DNA of 13,152 nt from Octopus sinensis (taxonomy: Eukaryota), in assembly GCF_006345805.1 (NCBI RefSeq), contig NW_021826334.1:1-13152 (forward strand). Reading direction: 5' to 3'. The notes below the pieces were generated by a model. The model made no database searches, was not told the origin of the DNA, and worked only from the letters and a program-made list of their open reading frames with translations. Position 1 is the first letter of the stretch, and every line of letters begins with the position of its first letter. Positions 8,751 through 13,152 of the stretch are shown one piece after another. The position numbers were made by a program, and so were the translations under genes.

Positions 8751-10179
8751 AATATATCAACTAAGACCAGTCTTCCCTATCATGAGATGCGACAAGACTT
8801 ATCGTCCAGTTCCATTTGTAAAAATCAGCGAGGAAATCGCTAAACCGGTGTCTTTTTTTTATGAACATCAGAATCATATGAATGTATTCCAACCGCATTT
8901 TACAGACGCTCAGTAGGCACTCTCAGTAAGCACTCTCATAAAGGCAGTGATCAAGCGTAGCCTGATCATCTCCTAGATGTGAAACTAAGATATATATATA
9001 AATATATATATATGAATACATCCAACTTAACCTGAATGTGTTGTTTAAAATGCTGCAGACTGCAGTGAAGATTCTGAAAATCATTTCGTGTAGACGACAA
9101 ATGCTAATATTCTATCGGCGGGTGGCAGTACAGTATCACAAGATTTCAACGTATTGTAGATCATCAAATATAGAAAGCCAAGCACCGAATGCTAGACTGG
9201 AAATCAGTCAAAGCTATATAAATTGATTAGTAAATATAAACAGAATAATACTGTCTGAACAACCGCTGATTTCGGGAAAAGTTGGTGGGTTGTGTATGAA
9301 TTATCTATTAGCTACAGAAGCAATCCCCGTAACGTATATTAATTAGCATATCTAGCTTTATTTTTAACGTTAGAAACTGCGGTGGACGTCCCGGTAAGTA
9401 ATTTTTTGTACGGAACAAATGTTGAAGAGCATCGATTTTGCCCGCAATCTCCGGCATTATAGACAACACGTCTAGGTTGTTTGCTAATTAATATTGTGTG
9501 CTGATTAGTATTCGTTACTAAGGTTGCTTCTGTTGCTAATAGTTAACACACTTAAACACATACACGCGCGCGCACGTATGTGTGTGTATGTCTAGAAGGT
9601 GTATTAATGTTTGCCATTTTGTAACGTACTCCATGTTTCAGTGTTGTTTTGTAGCATACAATGTGTAGATAAGTAAAATTTAATGTTTGTATATAGAATA
9701 TATAATAATATAAAGTCGAAGACATATCACATATTGAGCATAATAGATACTTAGAATCTTTTTATAAATATAACCGTCATATGAATGCAAGCTAGCTATT
9801 AATGTTTCCATTTAATAAACTCTTTCGCACATACTCTACAACAAAATGAATTAGATTGTTTCTAATCTTTTCACAGTGAACGCGTAATCTAGTTATAGCA
9901 TTATTTGTGAGCGTTTCTTTGTTAAATTAAAACCAAATTTTTAAATTAACTCAAGGATTTGTAATTTAAGAAGCACTTTATATGTAACTATGAACTTTTT
10001 TCTCGATAATGCGCCGACGAAGTTAATAATTCTGACAAGAATTAATAATCTGAAGCTGCATTTAGTTAGCTACCTCGGCAGAACTTGATAAGTGTTTTAA
10101 ATAAGCGATTAAAAAAGCTCTTTGTTATAGTGGTTGCATTTTGCTTTGCATAGAATATTACGTAATCGGTATTATATTG

Positions 10180-10391
10180 GCTCCACATTTTGGCACAAGG
10201 CCAGTAAATTTGATGGAGGGGTAAGTCGATTACATCGACTTCAGTTTTCAGCTGGTACTTATTTTATCGACTCCGAAAGGATGAAAAGAAAAGTCGACCT
10301 CGGCGGAATTTGAACTCATAATGCAAAGACGGATGAAATACTGCTAAGCATTTAGCCTGTTGTATTAACGCTTTTGCCAATTCACTGCCTT
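10180..10391 (-). mobile_element. Full-length SINE (tail type A) with a long target-site duplication
   Basis: Reverse complement of head, core and tail. Flanked by gtaatcggttattatatt (10162-10179) and gtaatcggtattatatt (10392-10408), which differ by one T. Confidence 0.9.
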
Positions 10392-10413
10392 GTAATCGGT
10401 ATTATATTAATAA

Positions 10414-10710
10414 TGTCTCTTGTTAGAACTTTCCACTAACTGGAAGGACTTCATCAGGGTATGCCGAAGCAATGGGTGGCAAGTGAGATTTGATTCCATT
10501 GAGGTGGATGCAGATAGTTTGTAAGTCAGACCTTTTACAGAACCTACAATTTGCTGGGAAGAGGCCAGTAGACAAAAGGCCATCAGACTGGCTGTGGAGT
10601 CTGTAGGTGTCGCCTCAAGGTGGCTGTAGGTCAAGAGTTGCGAGCCCTGGGAGAGGCAGTACAACTAGACACAATGATGTGTCCACGTGCATAACAGGAG
10701 GATGTTGAGA
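10414..10710 (+). pseudogene. 3' fragment of an RLE-type non-LTR retrotransposon (HERO-like)
   Basis: Reads CLLLELSTNWKD / FIRVCRSNGWQVRFDSIEV[fs]CR*FVSQTFYRTYNLLG[fs]RQKAIRLAVESVGVASRWL*VKSCEPW. This matches the HERO C-terminus pattern ELTVPWE...CR..GW......IEVGCRGF....AI.....A...ASRWLW. A short 3' UTR-like segment (gatgtgtccacgtgcat) follows. Confidence 0.8.
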
Positions 10711-11319
10711 AAAACGTGCGTAAAATATATTATACATATGATTGCTCTGAATTATTTCTTATCTATAAAATTCTATTTCCTGACGTTAACCATCGTAACA
10801 TCTTGTATATTTTGTTAATTACTGCGTTATTACAACGTCGACAAATACTAATTTCTAAATATCGGTACAGTAATTAGAGATCACTGGTAATATAGTGAAT
10901 TAAAATATTTGATAAGGAGTTAAAATATATAAATTTATTTACTCGGGTAACATTTTTGTATTGCGTCCTTTTGGTTGGAGAAACTTCTTGATGAATACAA
11001 CTCTTATCTGCCATATGTAAGTATTCTTCTCATTTCATTTGTAGTCAAATTGGAAAGGTAAGCTGCACTGAGACTAACACTGAAACTTTAGAGCAGTTAT
11101 CATCAGGCTGACACAACAAGAAAGACCAGTATGAGGTTCTCTTGATGAGAGACTCAGTTCAGGTATCACGCTTAAATTTTCCACGCTCACTGCCGAATAT
11201 AGGTGTTCAGGACATCGAAATTTCATTAGAATGAATGTAGGTTAGCGGTTGAGATATTTTAGCTACCAAAGTATTGTATTTATGTATATACCCATACGCT
11301 AATATATTCCACTGTCAAT

Positions 11320-11560
11320 ATAGATAGATATAAGTATATATTTACAGACAGGGATATATCTATGTGCGTGTGTTTGCGTATATATATATATATATGCAGA
11401 CACATATATACGAGTACGAGTGTTTATTTAATTATATCAATGTGTGGGAGTATATAAACATGCTGCATTAATGTGTGTGTTTGAGTGTACATACTTGAAT
11501 GTAAATGTATATAGGTATATATGAGAGTGCTTATGCTGCATATGCGTATATATATATATT
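11320..11560. repeat. Mixed TA/TG low-complexity microsatellite region
   Basis: Read directly. Confidence 0.8.
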
Positions 11561-12271
11561 TTGATGCATCATAACGATTTGTATTCCATTTTGTTTCGTT
11601 TTTCCAAAATATATTTGATTCATGCAATTACTGCATTTACTTTGTAGTAGCTCCAGAGTATTTCTTCTTTTTATGTCTGCTTTATACATTTTTATATACG
11701 TTCATATATTGTTTTCATATATTTTTCATTTATTAATCAGTTTGTTGTCCATGCTTCCGCAAAGTTTCGTTAATAATCCGTTTACTTCATCTTCTTTATC
11801 TTGCTCTTATTTCTTCTTTGCTTATTCTTCTTTCTCTCGCTTATCTGTTACTCATCCGTATTCCACCTCTTTTCTTCTTTTCACCCTTTTTCTCCTTATA
11901 CTATAATGAAGTCAAACACATTTATCCATTAATATACGCTCCTGAAACAGCATTAGATTAAAATAGCATAAGTATAACATTTAAAATGCATATGAAACGC
12001 TAAAAAATGCTAGACGTTAAAAGTTTACCACTTCTACTTTTATAGCCACTGTATAGACCACATGCCTATAGTTAACAGGTTGATCATCCTCAACAACCCT
12101 TCTTCTCACCCTCTTCTCTTCCTTACCCGCTTTTACACCTATCTCCTTTGCCCTGCCTCTGCTTGTCTCTATATTTCCAATTTGTAGAACTGATATTTTG
12201 AGTGTAAGGTTCTAAACCGTTAGAGCTGTACACTCAACACACTGGAACACGAAAATCTAATAGTATATCTG

Positions 12272-12366
12272 TAGCAACCTCCGATGAGATTCATTTTTAA
12301 AATGTTTTCAATTATATTAATTTGAAGAAGTCTTGAATCGAAACAGCTGTCAGAGATGATTGCCTA
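12272..12366 (+). ncRNA. Type-I hammerhead ribozyme motif (HHR3) with a long AU-rich stem II extension
   Basis: CCGATGA (12281-87), GATTCA, 40-nt loop, TGAATC (12334-39), GAAAC, AGCT, GTC (12349-51). Stem III ACAGCTGT is a perfect palindrome. Stem I is weak next to the core (CT/AG), with distal TAGCAA/TTGCCTA pairing. Confidence 0.7.
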
Positions 12367-12419
12367 TTTTATTATTAATAAGTATATTATTTAATTATCT
12401 GTCTATTTTTGCATTTTCT

Positions 12420-12437
12420 TATATATATATATATATT

Positions 12438-12499
<62 letters not shown>
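12420..12499. repeat. (TA)n microsatellite between two convergent hammerhead-bearing ends
   Basis: Read directly. Confidence 0.95.
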
Positions 12500-12503
<4 letters not shown>

Positions 12504-13152
12504 ATGTTACATTACTCGGTAGTCAAGATAAAACTCTGAGTTTCAGATGCCGAAGTGGAAATCCACAACACCATCTCTTCGGTTATCTGGCTATTTGAAA
12601 ACGTTTGAAAAAAATACCGTTAAATAAAGGGAAATACTCTGTTATAACTCTGCTTGCCTGCGTACTTATACATCGCTCGCATTTTGTCATAAAAATTATA
12701 TAAAAAACATAAAAAAATATATAAAAATATATAAAAATATATAAATTCTTCTTGGGACATAACATAGAAAGCATGTTCTATCTGTTTTCTTTAGGGGACC
12801 AAAAACGTAACAGAAATTAGTCACATGTGGGCATGATCCGAAAAGCTCTGTCCTTGTATTTAGACATGTAGTAGGGTCTAAGCTGCTTTTCCAGATAGCC
12901 ATCTTTCCATGTCGCATAGACCGCACCTTCCGCTGCCGTTAGTATAGGGCTTACATCTGGCCAAAATCTTCCATTGTATGTTATAATCGACACCTTTATC
13001 TCTTAAAGACCAATATGGTTAGACAATTGTGTCGCTTTTCTTTTGTTCCAGTGCCTCAAAGTGTGGTTATTGAACCTGGCCTTGAAATTACCCTCTGTAA
13101 GGCCCACGTATTTCTTCGTCGAAACGGTGTCTTTAGTGGTTATAGAGTTACG
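12500..13152 (-). mobile_element. Penelope-like element 3' end: GIY-YIG endonuclease C-half, AT-rich spacer and hammerhead pLTR (continues beyond the window)
   Basis: From 13152 the minus strand reads ..KKYVGLTEGNFKARFNNHTLRHWNKRKATQLSNHI[fs]WSLRDKGVDYNIQWKILARCKPYTNGSGRCGLCDME[fs]KMAIWKSSLDPTTCLNTRTELFGSCPH. This contains the YIG half-motif, conserved R/H, CxxC at 12925-12914 and CxH at 12833-12825. Confidence 0.88.
12520..12593 (-). ncRNA. Type-I hammerhead ribozyme motif (HHR2)
   Basis: Minus strand: TAGCC-AGATAA-CCGAAGA-GATG-[GTGTT GTGG ATTT CCAC TTCGG]-CATC-T-GAAAC-TCAGA-GTT-TTATCT-TGACTA. 6-bp stem I plus a distal extension, 4-bp stem II, stem III ACT/AGT, GUU site. There is one extra U before GAAA. 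Confidence 0.7.

Noticed and set aside
8909-8938. 13-bp tandem duplication (ctcagtaRgcact x2.3)
   Set aside because: Ordinary local slippage with no further structure.
8962-8990. Hammerhead-like CTGAT-CATCT-CCT-AGATG-T-GAAAC next to a short (TA)n
   Set aside because: Lacks G8-A9, the NUH triplet and stem I; at most a dead relic.
11031-11126. HFICSQIGKVSCTETNTETLEQLSSG*HNKKD as a possible GIY-YIG relic belonging to HHR3
   Set aside because: The resemblance is too weak (no YIG); a profile-HMM search would be needed.
10980-11162. Cluster of splice-like signals (GTAAGT at 11017, AG|13 nt|GTAAGC at 11045-11057, AG at 11090)
   Set aside because: Would require introns of about 28-34 nt, too short to be credible; no coherent frame.

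Overview
AT-rich, microsatellite-dense eukaryotic DNA made almost entirely of transposable-element relics. I recognise the SINE, Helitron and Penelope sequences as octopod-cephalopod (Octopus-like) repeats, but this is recognition and not a database result. No intact host gene is supported. Most ORF-track entries are microsatellite artefacts; only 8576-8764 (mariner) and 12696-12926 (Penelope endonuclease C-terminus) overlap real coding relics. Contents: five tRNA-derived SINE copies (one nested antisense inside another), a ~690-bp foldback TIR element with a telomere-like (CCCTAA/CCCTAAAA) higher-order array in its loop, one canonical and one doubtful non-autonomous Helitron, a decayed mariner transposase, a HERO-like RLE retrotransposon 3' fragment and two different Penelope-like GIY-YIG relics. 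The main result is three non-homologous type-I hammerhead-ribozyme motifs. All three carry the non-canonical core CCGANGA instead of CUGANGA, and all lie a short distance upstream of (TA)n tracts; two of them converge on the same (TA)n.
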